From: a virus
Lineage: Duplodnaviria > Caudoviricetes
Length of the DNA: 53,848 bases
Direction: 5' to 3' (one strand)
IMG/VR virus record: IMGVR_UViG_3300032829_000014
Span: 1-53,848 of that record
Of the stretch, positions 19,020 to 28,448 are shown piece after piece. Every line of letters starts with the position of its first letter. The stretch's first letter is position 1. Made by a program: the position numbers and the translations under genes. The notes below the pieces were generated by a model that was not told the origin of the DNA, searched no databases, and saw nothing but the letters and a program-made list of their open reading frames with translations.

Positions 19020-19077
19020 ATTTTATAATATTATATGCTAAAAAACATATAATATTATTATTTTTTTATTAAATTTT

Positions 19078-19109
19078 CTTGTTTTTTTAAAAAATTTTTT
19101 ATAACTTTG
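19078..19109 (+). promoter_or_regulatory. Bacteroidetes-type promoter firing into a non-coding region
   Basis: CTTG-N20-TAACTTTG. Confidence 0.6.
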
Positions 19110-19652
19110 CTAAAATTGTTTCAACAAATTTCTTTAGAAGAAAAAAAAAGAAATTGTTTATTCACATTTGTTAAGTAAATAATTTGTTACACAAATTTAT
19201 AAATTAATTTAAATATAAGGGCAAATATTTTTAAAATTTTCTTATAATTTATTATTTTAATAAATTTTTAAATTAAAAGTACTATAAACTAGTTAGATTT
19301 ATTTTTAAATTAAAATATATATTATATTAAAACTTATAATTATTAATTATATATTTAATTTATCTTAATTTTATTAAAATATTAAAATTTATACTATATT
19401 AACTTTCAATTTTTAATATTTTATACTAGTTAAAAGGATTTTTCAATTTAAAATATTATTTTAATTTTTAATTAAATTTATTAATTAATTTTATTATTTT
19501 ATTTAATATTTTTAAAATTTAAAAAAAATATAAAATATTATATAACCCTCCAATTTTTTTTCAGTTTAAAAAATAAAATAATTTTCCGCCGCATTATTTT
19601 TTATATTTAATAGTGTTATTTAAATAACAATAAATTATTAATTCTAATTTAA

Positions 19653-19666
19653 ACTATTTATTAAAA
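19653..19666 (+). promoter_or_regulatory. putative phage late promoter (ACTATTTATTAAAA)
   Basis: Recurring motif, 22 nt upstream of ATG 19684. Confidence 0.55.
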
Positions 19667-19683
19667 ATGATATATATAATAAA

Positions 19684-22600
19684 ATGTCACAATTAGAAGT
19701 TAATTCTATAAATTTAAGATATAATTTAGAAACACGTAATTTATATACGCCAGATAATCCTTATACGATTGAAACAAATAAAGTTATTAAAACTTTAAAT
19801 GCTTTAAGTGATATTATTATGCCTTTTAAATCAATAGATTTATCTAATACTGTTATTGGAAGACTTGCATTAAATGATACACCATTAGGAAAAATAGGAA
19901 TTAAAATGTTAGGTAGTCAAATAGCATATAATATAGCTTCTAATGTTGCAAGACAAACATTACCTGTTATTGATTTTAATAATTTATTTGATAATGATCC
20001 TAATACTAAATTAATTACAAATACTATTGATTTTACTATAACAATTAATAGTAATGAAAATTTTTTAACTAAAGTATTAAATACATTAGATAATTATACT
20101 CCAATATATAGTTATCCTTTTAATAAAAATTCAAATAATATTGATTTTATAAAAAATACAGGTAAAGGACAATTAAAAATTTTTTATAGTATAATAAATC
20201 AAAATATTTATAAACAATCTGATGATAGTTTTAAAAAAATTACAAGTGATAAAGGTTTTAAAATAAATAATATAAGTAATTATTTTAATAATAAATTTTG
20301 GTTTATTGATCAAATAAAATATCCTAACTATATAAGTGCTAATATTAATTTAAGAGACGGATTTATTTCTGATTATAATAAATATAATACTCAAGAATAT
20401 GGAACTATTAATATAGATTATGAAAAAAATATAAAATATTTTGAAGGAGAAAATTTATGGATAGATTCAAATAATTATGGATTTAATGATAATTTTAATA
20501 CTAATATTATTTGGGGTAGAGATGGTATTGATAATAAAACAAATAATAAATCATCACAATTAAGAACAGAAACTGTTACAAATGATGATTATAGTAGATT
20601 TAATTCAAAATCTGATTTATTATTTTTTACATCTCAATTATTAAATGCAACAGAAGGTAATATTATAGATAATACAAAAAAAGTTTTTAAAGAAGGAAAT
20701 AAATTAAGAGGTTTTAATGGATCTGGTGTATATATTGCGCCATCTGATTCATTACCTGAATTTGCTGATAATAAAGGTATAAGACAGCATACATCTCTTG
20801 ATGAATATAATAGATTTAGTAAAGCTATTAGATTTAATGGAAATATTGAATATAATGGAAATGAAAATTCTGTAATATATAAATCTGTTATTCCTAAGAT
20901 ACATCCAATATTTAATAGTAATGGTGATATTGATAATAAAAATTTAATGTTTTCAATTGAAAATTTAGCTATTGATATAATAAAAGATGATAAATATAAA
21001 GTAGGATATTTAAAAGATGATTATTCAACAATAATACCTGCATCTGAAATAGGACAAAATAATTGTAGAATGATGTGGTTTATGCCATATGGTGTAGATA
21101 TATCTGAAAATGCTATTGCTAAATATACAACAACTGAAATTATTGGAAGAGGTGAACCAATATATACATATAATAATAGTGAAAGAACTGCAACATTATC
21201 ATTTAAATTAATAATTGATCATCCGCCACAATTATCAGTTTTTAGAAATAATTCTGATTATCATAAAAGAGTAGCTGAATTTTTTGAATTTGGTTTATCT
21301 GGTGTTGAAACAACAAATGTAAATTATGCACAAAATGAATTAAAATTAAAACAATTAATAGCACAAAAAGAAACATTAAATAATATAGAAAAATTAAATA
21401 AACCTGAAATTACTGCCAGTCCTGAAATATTTATTTCATTCCCAAATGATAAACCAAATAATGATGAAATAAATAATATATTTAATATTATGTTTAATGA
21501 CTATAGTTATGAAATTTCTGATAGTATTATAGGTAATGATGGTACTAGTTTTGGATTAAATAATAATATTTATAATGGTATTTCAGAAATAACAATTGAC
21601 CCTCAAACAAATACTGGAGTAAAACCATTAAATGTTGATCAATATAATTATGAAGGAATTATTACAAATTTAGATAGATATATTGAAACATATTTAAATG
21701 AAACAAATAGAAATTTTGTTGAAATTGAATTAATTGGTTCATCATCAAAATTATTTGATATAAATAGTAATCTTTCTGAAAGTGATTATAATTTACAATT
21801 AAGTAATAGAAGAATTGATGCTGTATTAAATCTAATTGACTCAAGATTACAAAAAATATATAAAACAACAATTAAAGATTCAAATATATCTATTAATAGA
21901 ATTGCATTAGGATCAACAAATGCATCAGATAATAATGCTACTGTTGAAAGAATTGCTGCTATTGATACAAAAAAAGAAAGATCTGTTTCATTAAAATTTA
22001 AACCAAATACTAAAATTAATTATAAAGAAAAATCTATAACAGCTGAAGATGATAAAAATAGAATAAATTTAGATAATGAAATTGCTGCATTAACAAAACA
22101 AATTCAATCATCACTTAATCAAAGAAATTTAACCAATAATGATTATTATAATTTATATACTAATGATGATACAAATAATATAGGATTTAAAAATGTTGAA
22201 AAAAATAAATTAATATCAAGTTTTTATAGTCAAACACCTGAAGATTTACATAAAAGATTAACTTTTTTACATCAATGTACAAGACAAGGTAATGCTATAA
22301 GAAGAACATCATCAAATAGTACTACTAGTTCAAATAATTCTGTATTTGGAAAACAACCTGTTTGTGTATTAAGAATTGGAGATTTTTTTCATACTAAAAT
22401 TATAATTGAAAATATTGCATTTACTTATGAAGATATGACATGGGATCAAAATCCTGAAGGTTTTGGAATGCAGCCTATGCTAGTAAATATAAGTATGCAA
22501 ATTAAGGTTATTGGTGGTCAGTCATTAGCAGGTCCAATTAATGTATTACAAAATGCTGTATCGTTTAATTATTATGCTAATTCAACATATAGTAAAAATG

Positions 22601-22725
22601 GAACATACTCAACGCCATCTCTTGTTGAAGCATTACAATATTCTGATAATAAAGAAATTGATACTTTAACTGCTGAAAAAATAAAAAGACAAGTTGCAAG
22701 AAGAGACGCTGAAACAAACAAATAA
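19684..22725 (+). CDS. large baseplate/tail-tube initiator-like protein with an OmpA-like insert
   Basis: IIGRGEPIYTYNNSERTATLSF and PVCVLRIGDFF...WD.NPEG..MQPM tube-like motifs; internal YNLQLSNRRIDAV. Confidence 0.65.
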   Translation: MSQLEVNSINLRYNLETRNLYTPDNPYTIETNKVIKTLNALSDIIMPFKSIDLSNTVIGRLALNDTPLGKIGIKMLGSQIAYNIASNVARQTLPVIDFNNLFDNDPNTKLITNTIDFTITINSNENFLTKVLNTLDNYTPIYSYPFNKNSNNIDFIKNTGKGQLKIFYSIINQNIYKQSDDSFKKITSDKGFKINNISNYFNNKFWFIDQIKYPNYISANINLRDGFISDYNKYNTQEYGTINIDYEKNIKYFEGENLWIDSNNYGFNDNFNTNIIWGRDGIDNKTNNKSSQLRTETVTNDDYSRFNSKSDLLFFTSQLLNATEGNIIDNTKKVFKEGNKLRGFNGSGVYIAPSDSLPEFADNKGIRQHTSLDEYNRFSKAIRFNGNIEYNGNENSVIYKSVIPKIHPIFNSNGDIDNKNLMFSIENLAIDIIKDDKYKVGYLKDDYSTIIPASEIGQNNCRMMWFMPYGVDISENAIAKYTTTEIIGRGEPIYTYNNSERTATLSFKLIIDHPPQLSVFRNNSDYHKRVAEFFEFGLSGVETTNVNYAQNELKLKQLIAQKETLNNIEKLNKPEITASPEIFISFPNDKPNNDEINNIFNIMFNDYSYEISDSIIGNDGTSFGLNNNIYNGISEITIDPQTNTGVKPLNVDQYNYEGIITNLDRYIETYLNETNRNFVEIELIGSSSKLFDINSNLSESDYNLQLSNRRIDAVLNLIDSRLQKIYKTTIKDSNISINRIALGSTNASDNNATVERIAAIDTKKERSVSLKFKPNTKINYKEKSITAEDDKNRINLDNEIAALTKQIQSSLNQRNLTNNDYYNLYTNDDTNNIGFKNVEKNKLISSFYSQTPEDLHKRLTFLHQCTRQGNAIRRTSSNSTTSSNNSVFGKQPVCVLRIGDFFHTKIIIENIAFTYEDMTWDQNPEGFGMQPMLVNISMQIKVIGGQSLAGPINVLQNAVSFNYYANSTYSKNGTYSTPSLVEALQYSDNKEIDTLTAEKIKRQVARRDAETNK

Positions 22726-22738
22726 AAAAAATTAAATT

Positions 22739-23053
22739 ATGCCAACCAAAGATTATAATTTTTATGAATTATTAACAAATAATGATGGTACTATAGATCC
22801 AATGCCATTTATAAGTATACCAATATCTTCAACAGATAAGTATGAGGAATATATATTAGGTGTAACTCGTTTTGATAAATTAAGCCAAAAGTATTATGGA
22901 AGTCCTATTTATAGAAGATTTATTGAAATTGCAAATCCACAATTTTTAAATGAAGATGAAATAAATGATGGAGAAATAATTAGAATACCCTTTCCATTAG
23001 ATAGTGTTAAAAATTATTTTGAATCTGGAATAAAAAAAATAAAAAATCAATAA
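22739..23053 (+). CDS. LysM-like baseplate wedge protein (gp53/gpX-like)
   Basis: RFDKLSQKYYGSP...IANP...IIRIP. Confidence 0.8.
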   Translation: MPTKDYNFYELLTNNDGTIDPMPFISIPISSTDKYEEYILGVTRFDKLSQKYYGSPIYRRFIEIANPQFLNEDEINDGEIIRIPFPLDSVKNYFESGIKKIKNQ

Positions 23054-23070
23054 AAATATTTAAATATAAT

Positions 23071-23673
23071 ATGGATTTAAGAAAATTAATACAAACAACA
23101 ATATATAAATATTTAGATGAACAAGAAATATTAAAATATGGATATCCTTTATTTTATCATGGTGCAACTGATAAAAATTTAAATGGTAAAACCGGAATAC
23201 ATATAGGAACTAAAATGGCAGCATTACAAGCTTTACAAGCAAAAATTGGAGTACCAGCTAAAGGTGAATGGGATGGCACAAGAGAATATGGTAAAACATT
23301 ATTAGCAGGTAAAAAAACATTAAAGAAAATGAATTATATAATAGGATATGATCCTATTATTAATTTTAATGCAACAAATGATGTTCCTGAAGAAGATTAT
23401 TATCCAACTCAAAGAAAAAAAAGAGCTACATATTTTTCAAGTAATGAATTAATTCCTCTTAATGTAAAACCAATTATTTTTCAAGTTATAATAATTGGAG
23501 AAATGTTAAATACATATGATAAACCATATAGTGATGAAATGGCTAATAAAAAAATGAATCATGATTTAAAACTTGGAATTGCAAAAAAAGGATATTATTA
23601 TATTAATATATGGGAAGATGAAGGAAGTATATCAGCAGTTGTTCCAAATGGTTCATTTCTTAAAATTATATAA
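23071..23673 (+). CDS. putative ADP-ribosyltransferase-fold protein
   Basis: FYHGAT...GIHIGT...GYYYINIWEDEGSISAVV pattern; N-terminal leader MDLRKLIQTTIYKYLDE. Confidence 0.45.
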   Translation: MDLRKLIQTTIYKYLDEQEILKYGYPLFYHGATDKNLNGKTGIHIGTKMAALQALQAKIGVPAKGEWDGTREYGKTLLAGKKTLKKMNYIIGYDPIINFNATNDVPEEDYYPTQRKKRATYFSSNELIPLNVKPIIFQVIIIGEMLNTYDKPYSDEMANKKMNHDLKLGIAKKGYYYINIWEDEGSISAVVPNGSFLKII

Positions 23674-23701
23674 TATATTTTATAAAAAATCAATAAAAAT
23701 A

Positions 23702-23733
23702 TTTGTTATTTTAAAATATTATTTTTAATTTTG
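23702..23733 (+). promoter_or_regulatory. Bacteroidetes-type promoter at the head of the glycosylation tract
   Basis: Exact consensus TTTG-N20-TAATTTTG. Confidence 0.75.
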
Positions 23734-23757
23734 CTAAATTAAATTTTTAGTATAATA

Positions 23758-24054
23758 ATGAATGAAAAATTATTAAATGAATTTTTATTATATAAAAATA
23801 ATAATATTTTTTCTGAAAATTTTAAATTTCTTATAACAGAAATAATAGAAAAAGAATCTTTAAAAAAATTAAAATATTTAGATAATTTAAAAATAAAACA
23901 ATTTAAAGAAAATGCTTTTAATTTTTGTTATAAAAATATTAATAAATTTGATTTAAAAAAATCAAACAATATATTATCTTATATTATTATAATAATTAGA
24001 TGTTCTTTTAGTAAAGATATTAATAAATTAAAATATGAAAATGAAAAAATCTAA
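23758..24054 (+). CDS. short degenerate gp55-like sigma region-2 protein
   Basis: NINKFDLKKSNNILSYIIIIIRCSF resembles gp55 NFDPEKS.NPFAYFTQI...AF. Confidence 0.5.
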   Translation: MNEKLLNEFLLYKNNNIFSENFKFLITEIIEKESLKKLKYLDNLKIKQFKENAFNFCYKNINKFDLKKSNNILSYIIIIIRCSFSKDINKLKYENEKI

Positions 24055-25669
24055 AATAGCAATAGTTTATTCAACACCAAAAGTAGGTTCTTTTATTGAA
24101 GAATATAATGAAAAATTATTAAAAAATACTTTTAATAAAAATAATATTAAAATTTTTCCAATTATTAATAAAAAAGAATATTCATTATCAGAAGCATATA
24201 ATATTTGTATTAATAAAATAAAAGAATATACAAATAATAATTTAGATGAATGGATTTTACTTTTTATACATGATGATATAACTATACTTAATAAGTATAA
24301 TTGGGATAAAATTTTATTAAATAATTTTAATAATACAAATTATGATATTACAGGTGTCGCCGGTACTAAAGAATTATATAAACATGGAATTTGGTGGCTT
24401 ACTCCTGATGGTAAACAAATGAATAATGGTAAATTATATGGTAAAGTTTGGCATACTGATGGTTTAAAACAATGGGAATCTGTTTTTGGTAATAGTAATA
24501 AAATTATTGATGATGTTGTAACAATTGATGGTGTTTTTATAGCTGTAAATCCTGATAATATAAAATATTGGTTTGATGAAAGATTTAATGATTATCATTT
24601 TTATGATATTCCTTTTGTAATTAATAATTATTTAGAAGGATGTAATATTGGAGTTATGAATAATATATTAATATTACATAATTCAATTGGAGAAGTTAAT
24701 CAAAAATGGGAAGAAAATAGAAAACAATTTTGTGAATTATATAAAGATGAATTACCAATAATATTAGGACAAGATAATAATAAATTAAATGTTTTAATTT
24801 GTTGTCAATTTTTTAGTAATTATACTGGTTCTGAAATGTCTAATTTTGAATTAGCTAGAGAATTAGTAAAACAAGGATGTAATGTGTCGTTAATATCAAC
24901 AGTTGTTGGCGAACCATTATTAAGTAAAGCAAAAAAAGCTGGAATAAATATGTATAATATACAAGATATTGTAAATCTTCAATATTATAAATTTGATATT
25001 ATTCATATTAATCATAAACCAATTGGTGAAATAGTATTACAATATTTTCCAAATACACCAGCTGTTATGCATATTCGTTCTGAAGTAATTCCAGTTTTTG
25101 AAGAACCAATATTACATAATAATATTAAAAAATATATATCAATTAGACCAAGTGTTAAAGAATATATTAAATCATTTGGAATAAATGAAGAAAATATAAT
25201 ACATATTGATAATCCATTTGATACAAATAGATTTAATATTAATTATAAACAACAAAAAAATAATAAAGAAATAATATTGTTTATTGGAACATTAGATTAT
25301 TTAAGAAAAAATATTTTATTTGATCTTAAAAAACAAGTTGAAAAAGAAAATAAAATACTTTGGATAATTGGAGATAATAGTGGTAATTATGCTAATGAAT
25401 TAATATCTGAAAATGTTAAATATTTTGGTATTAAATCAAATGTTGAAGATTATTTAAAAAAATGTGATTATACAGCAGGAATATTTACTGGAAGATCAAC
25501 AATTGAAGGATTTTTATGTGGAAAAAAAGGATATATTTATACTGTTGATAAACAAGGAAATATTTTAAATAAAGAATTAATGGATGTTCCAAAAGATATT
25601 GAAAAATATTCAGCAGAATATTCAGCAAAAAAAGTAATTGAATTATATAATAATATTTTAAATAATTAA
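24035..25669 (+). CDS. fused GT-A (GT2-like) plus GT-B (GT4-like) glycosyltransferase
   Basis: SLSEAYN, FIHDDI, GVAGT, TIDGVF, FDERF..YHFYD; then TGSEM..ELA..L, FDIIHINH, GRSTIEG.LCG. Confidence 0.85.
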   Translation: MKMKKSKIAIVYSTPKVGSFIEEYNEKLLKNTFNKNNIKIFPIINKKEYSLSEAYNICINKIKEYTNNNLDEWILLFIHDDITILNKYNWDKILLNNFNNTNYDITGVAGTKELYKHGIWWLTPDGKQMNNGKLYGKVWHTDGLKQWESVFGNSNKIIDDVVTIDGVFIAVNPDNIKYWFDERFNDYHFYDIPFVINNYLEGCNIGVMNNILILHNSIGEVNQKWEENRKQFCELYKDELPIILGQDNNKLNVLICCQFFSNYTGSEMSNFELARELVKQGCNVSLISTVVGEPLLSKAKKAGINMYNIQDIVNLQYYKFDIIHINHKPIGEIVLQYFPNTPAVMHIRSEVIPVFEEPILHNNIKKYISIRPSVKEYIKSFGINEENIIHIDNPFDTNRFNINYKQQKNNKEIILFIGTLDYLRKNILFDLKKQVEKENKILWIIGDNSGNYANELISENVKYFGIKSNVEDYLKKCDYTAGIFTGRSTIEGFLCGKKGYIYTVDKQGNILNKELMDVPKDIEKYSAEYSAKKVIELYNNILNN

Positions 25670-25675
25670 TAAATT

Positions 25676-26557
25676 ATGAATAGAAATAAATTAAATTATA
25701 TAATAATTTTATTATTAAGTATTTTAATTTTTTCTTGTAATACAAAAAAAGAAAAATTAAATTTTCCTAGAACAATTATAATTAATAATATTAATAATGA
25801 TAAAAGAATTGATACTGTTTTAATGGTATTAGTTAATAAAATATATAATTATGATACATTATAAATTATTACAGTTCCTATGATTTCATCAATAAATAAT
25901 AATATTAAATATATTGCTTTTACAATAAAACATCCATTTAAAAAACATAATTATATGATATTATATGATATAAATTTAAAATATAATGATTTAAAGGAAA
26001 CATTATGTCATGAATTTGTTCATATTGATCAATTAGAAAGAGGCGATATTATTGATCCACAAAATGGTGAATATGTTATTTATAAAAAAGATACATTTTT
26101 TTTAAATAAAGTAAAATATTTTGATAGGCCTTTTGAAATAGATGCATTTAATAAATCAAAAAATTTATTAAAAATATTAATTATGAAAATTTTAAGATTA
26201 TTTATTGTAAGACAATTTGCATTAGGACATATAATTAAAATATTTAAATTAGAAATAAGTATTTTAAAAGCTGCTCGAATTATGTTTCCTTATTTTTTAT
26301 TAAGTGCAATTTTTATAAAAAATGTAACACCTGATGTTTTTAATTGGTATGATTGGATATTATTAGGATTATGGATTTTTCAATTATGGATTGGCTTTTC
26401 ATGGTTTGGTTTAGGATATTTTGAATTATGGCCAATAAAATGGAAAGAATTAGATGAAGAACAAAAGTTACAATATGGATTTTTGAATTATGATAAATTA
26501 TCATATTATGAAAAAAATGAATATAAACTTATATCTAAAAAATATTTAAATAAATAA
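25676..26557 (+). pseudogene. lipoprotein HEXXH metallopeptidase-like gene with an in-frame TAA, fused to a membrane-protein ORF
   Basis: Lipobox-like LIFSC; TAA at 25862-25864 is in frame with 25880..; TLCHEFVH...PFEIDA; second ATG in a typical start context at 26183 begins a hydrophobic ORF. Confidence 0.55.
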
Positions 26558-26564
26558 TAAAATT

Positions 26565-26858
26565 ATGATGAAAATATTTGAATTTCAATGGATAGATGAT
26601 GAAAAAGAATGGATTGCTGCAAATACAATAATTGAAGCAATTCAAACATATTGTTTAATAACAGGTATTGATTTAATTGAATTAGATGCTGAAGGTGATA
26701 TTATTGAATTGCCTAAAGAAAAATGGTCTGAAATGAAAGTTATTAATACTGAATATGATCCAGAAGAAGATCCTGATGATTGGGAAGAAAAAACATATGA
26801 AGAATGGATGAAAGAGCATACAAAACCAGATATTATTGCAGGTACAATGTATGAATAA
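26565..26858 (+). CDS. acidic hypothetical protein
   Basis: ORF track. Confidence 0.7.
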   Translation: MMKIFEFQWIDDEKEWIAANTIIEAIQTYCLITGIDLIELDAEGDIIELPKEKWSEMKVINTEYDPEEDPDDWEEKTYEEWMKEHTKPDIIAGTMYE

Positions 26859-26884
26859 TTAATATTATAATAAATTATTAAATA

Positions 26885-27637
26885 ATGATAATAAATCAAG
26901 GCTATAATCATATTGAAATTTGTAAGCAAGCATTAATAGATGAAAATTTGTTTAATACTTTTAAAAGTAATAATAAGTATAGAATAATTTTAGAACATGT
27001 TGGATATGAAACAGGTTTAGAATATTTAAATAAAATTAAATCAAATAAAGATTACTCAATAATTGAAAAATGTTGGACTAAATTTTTAGAAAATGATGTT
27101 ATTGGTACTCCAATAAAATTTAAATATAATTTAAGTGATAATTTAATAAATACTAATGTTTCTCCAACTACATTAAGATATATTTCTATTGGATTAGATA
27201 TTATAAAATATATTCAAGAAAAAAAATTAAATAATATTAATATTTGTGAAATAGGAGGAGGATATGGTGGCCAAAGTAAGATATTATTTGATTTATGTAA
27301 TATTTTTAATATTAATATAATTAAATATAAAATTATTGATATTCCTGAAGTTAGTAAATTTCAAGAAAAATATTTAACAAAATTAAATATAAAAAATGTA
27401 ACTTTTGAATCTTGTTTAAGTATAAATATCGAAGAACATGATTTATTAATTTCAAATTATGCATTAGGTGAATTTAATAATGAAACTCAAGAAGAATATA
27501 TTGAAAAAGTTGTTAAATATTGTAAATATTATTATATGATATGGAATAATCATGGTATAAATGAATATTTTAAAGATGCAATAATATTACCAGAAATACC
27601 TGAAACAGCAGAATTTAATAAAGTAATATGTAAATAA
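26885..27637 (+). CDS. putative sugar O-methyltransferase
   Basis: ILEHV, SPTTLRY, ICEIGGGYGG SAM motif, IIDIPE, ISNYALGE. Confidence 0.8.
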   Translation: MIINQGYNHIEICKQALIDENLFNTFKSNNKYRIILEHVGYETGLEYLNKIKSNKDYSIIEKCWTKFLENDVIGTPIKFKYNLSDNLINTNVSPTTLRYISIGLDIIKYIQEKKLNNINICEIGGGYGGQSKILFDLCNIFNINIIKYKIIDIPEVSKFQEKYLTKLNIKNVTFESCLSINIEEHDLLISNYALGEFNNETQEEYIEKVVKYCKYYYMIWNNHGINEYFKDAIILPEIPETAEFNKVICK

Positions 27638-27652
27638 TATATATATAAAATT

Positions 27653-27793
27653 ATGAATAAAAATACTAATAAAGTAGATAATCTTAAGAATTCATTATCT
27701 ATTGAAGAAATTAAAAAATTAATTTATCAATTTAAGGAAGAAGAATTACCATATGCAGATGCACCTTTTCATTTTCAAGCTGAAATTTGGTCT
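27653..27793 (+). pseudogene. 5' part of a 60-aa ORF split by IS607
   Basis: MNKNT...FHFQAEIWS joins in frame to GMEEFIQWLETKK* after the element. Confidence 0.7.
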
Positions 27794-27845
27794 ATAAATT
27801 ATTTTTAATAAAAAATAGAAAATTATATCTTTTAATGAAAATTTT

Positions 27846-27860
27846 ACTATTTATAATAAA
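27846..27860 (+). promoter_or_regulatory. phage late-type motif inside the IS607 left end (ACTATTTATAATAAA)
   Basis: 14/15 match to the sheath motif; 15 nt upstream of tnpA. Confidence 0.55.
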
Positions 27861-27869
27861 TATTATTTT

Positions 27870-28439
27870 ATGCAAAATTATATAAAATTATCGGAATATG
27901 CAAGAAAAAAATCAATAACTTATAAAACAGCATGGAATCATTTTAAAAAAGGAATGATTGATGGTGCTTTTTTAGATAATACTAATCATGTGTTAATACC
28001 TATTAACAATAATTTAAATAATAATTGTATTATATATGCCAGAGTATCATCAAATGATAGAAAACAATCATTAATTGATCAACAAAAAAGATTGGAAGAA
28101 TTTGCAAATTTAAAAGGTTATAATATTGTTGGTTCATATAAAGAAATTGCTTCTGGTATGAATGATAAAAGAATTATTTTAAATAAAATATTAAATAATG
28201 ATGATTGGAATATACTTATTATTGAAAATAAAGATAGATTAACCAGATTTGGGTTTAATTATATTAAAACTTTATTAAATAAACAAAATAAAGAAATCAT
28301 TATACTTAATACTATAGATAATGATAAACAAGATTTAATGAAAGATTTAATATCAATATTCTATTCCTTTTCTGCCAGAATGTATGGCCTAAGAAGAAAA
28401 AAAAATAAACAAGATATAATTAAATTTATTGAAAATTAA
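27870..28439 (+). CDS. tnpA: IS607 serine-recombinase transposase
   Basis: N-terminal HTH, IYARVSS, EIASG, ENKDRLTRFGF, SFSARMYGLR. Confidence 0.93.
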   Translation: MQNYIKLSEYARKKSITYKTAWNHFKKGMIDGAFLDNTNHVLIPINNNLNNNCIIYARVSSNDRKQSLIDQQKRLEEFANLKGYNIVGSYKEIASGMNDKRIILNKILNNDDWNILIIENKDRLTRFGFNYIKTLLNKQNKEIIILNTIDNDKQDLMKDLISIFYSFSARMYGLRRKKNKQDIIKFIEN

Positions 28440-28448
28440 AAATAATTA

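Noticed and set aside
1108-23053. Bacterial contractile injection system or tailocin
   Set aside because: The gp55-like sigma, phoH, homing endonucleases, late motif and dense mini-ORFs fit a large lytic phage; no bacterial housekeeping genes are present.
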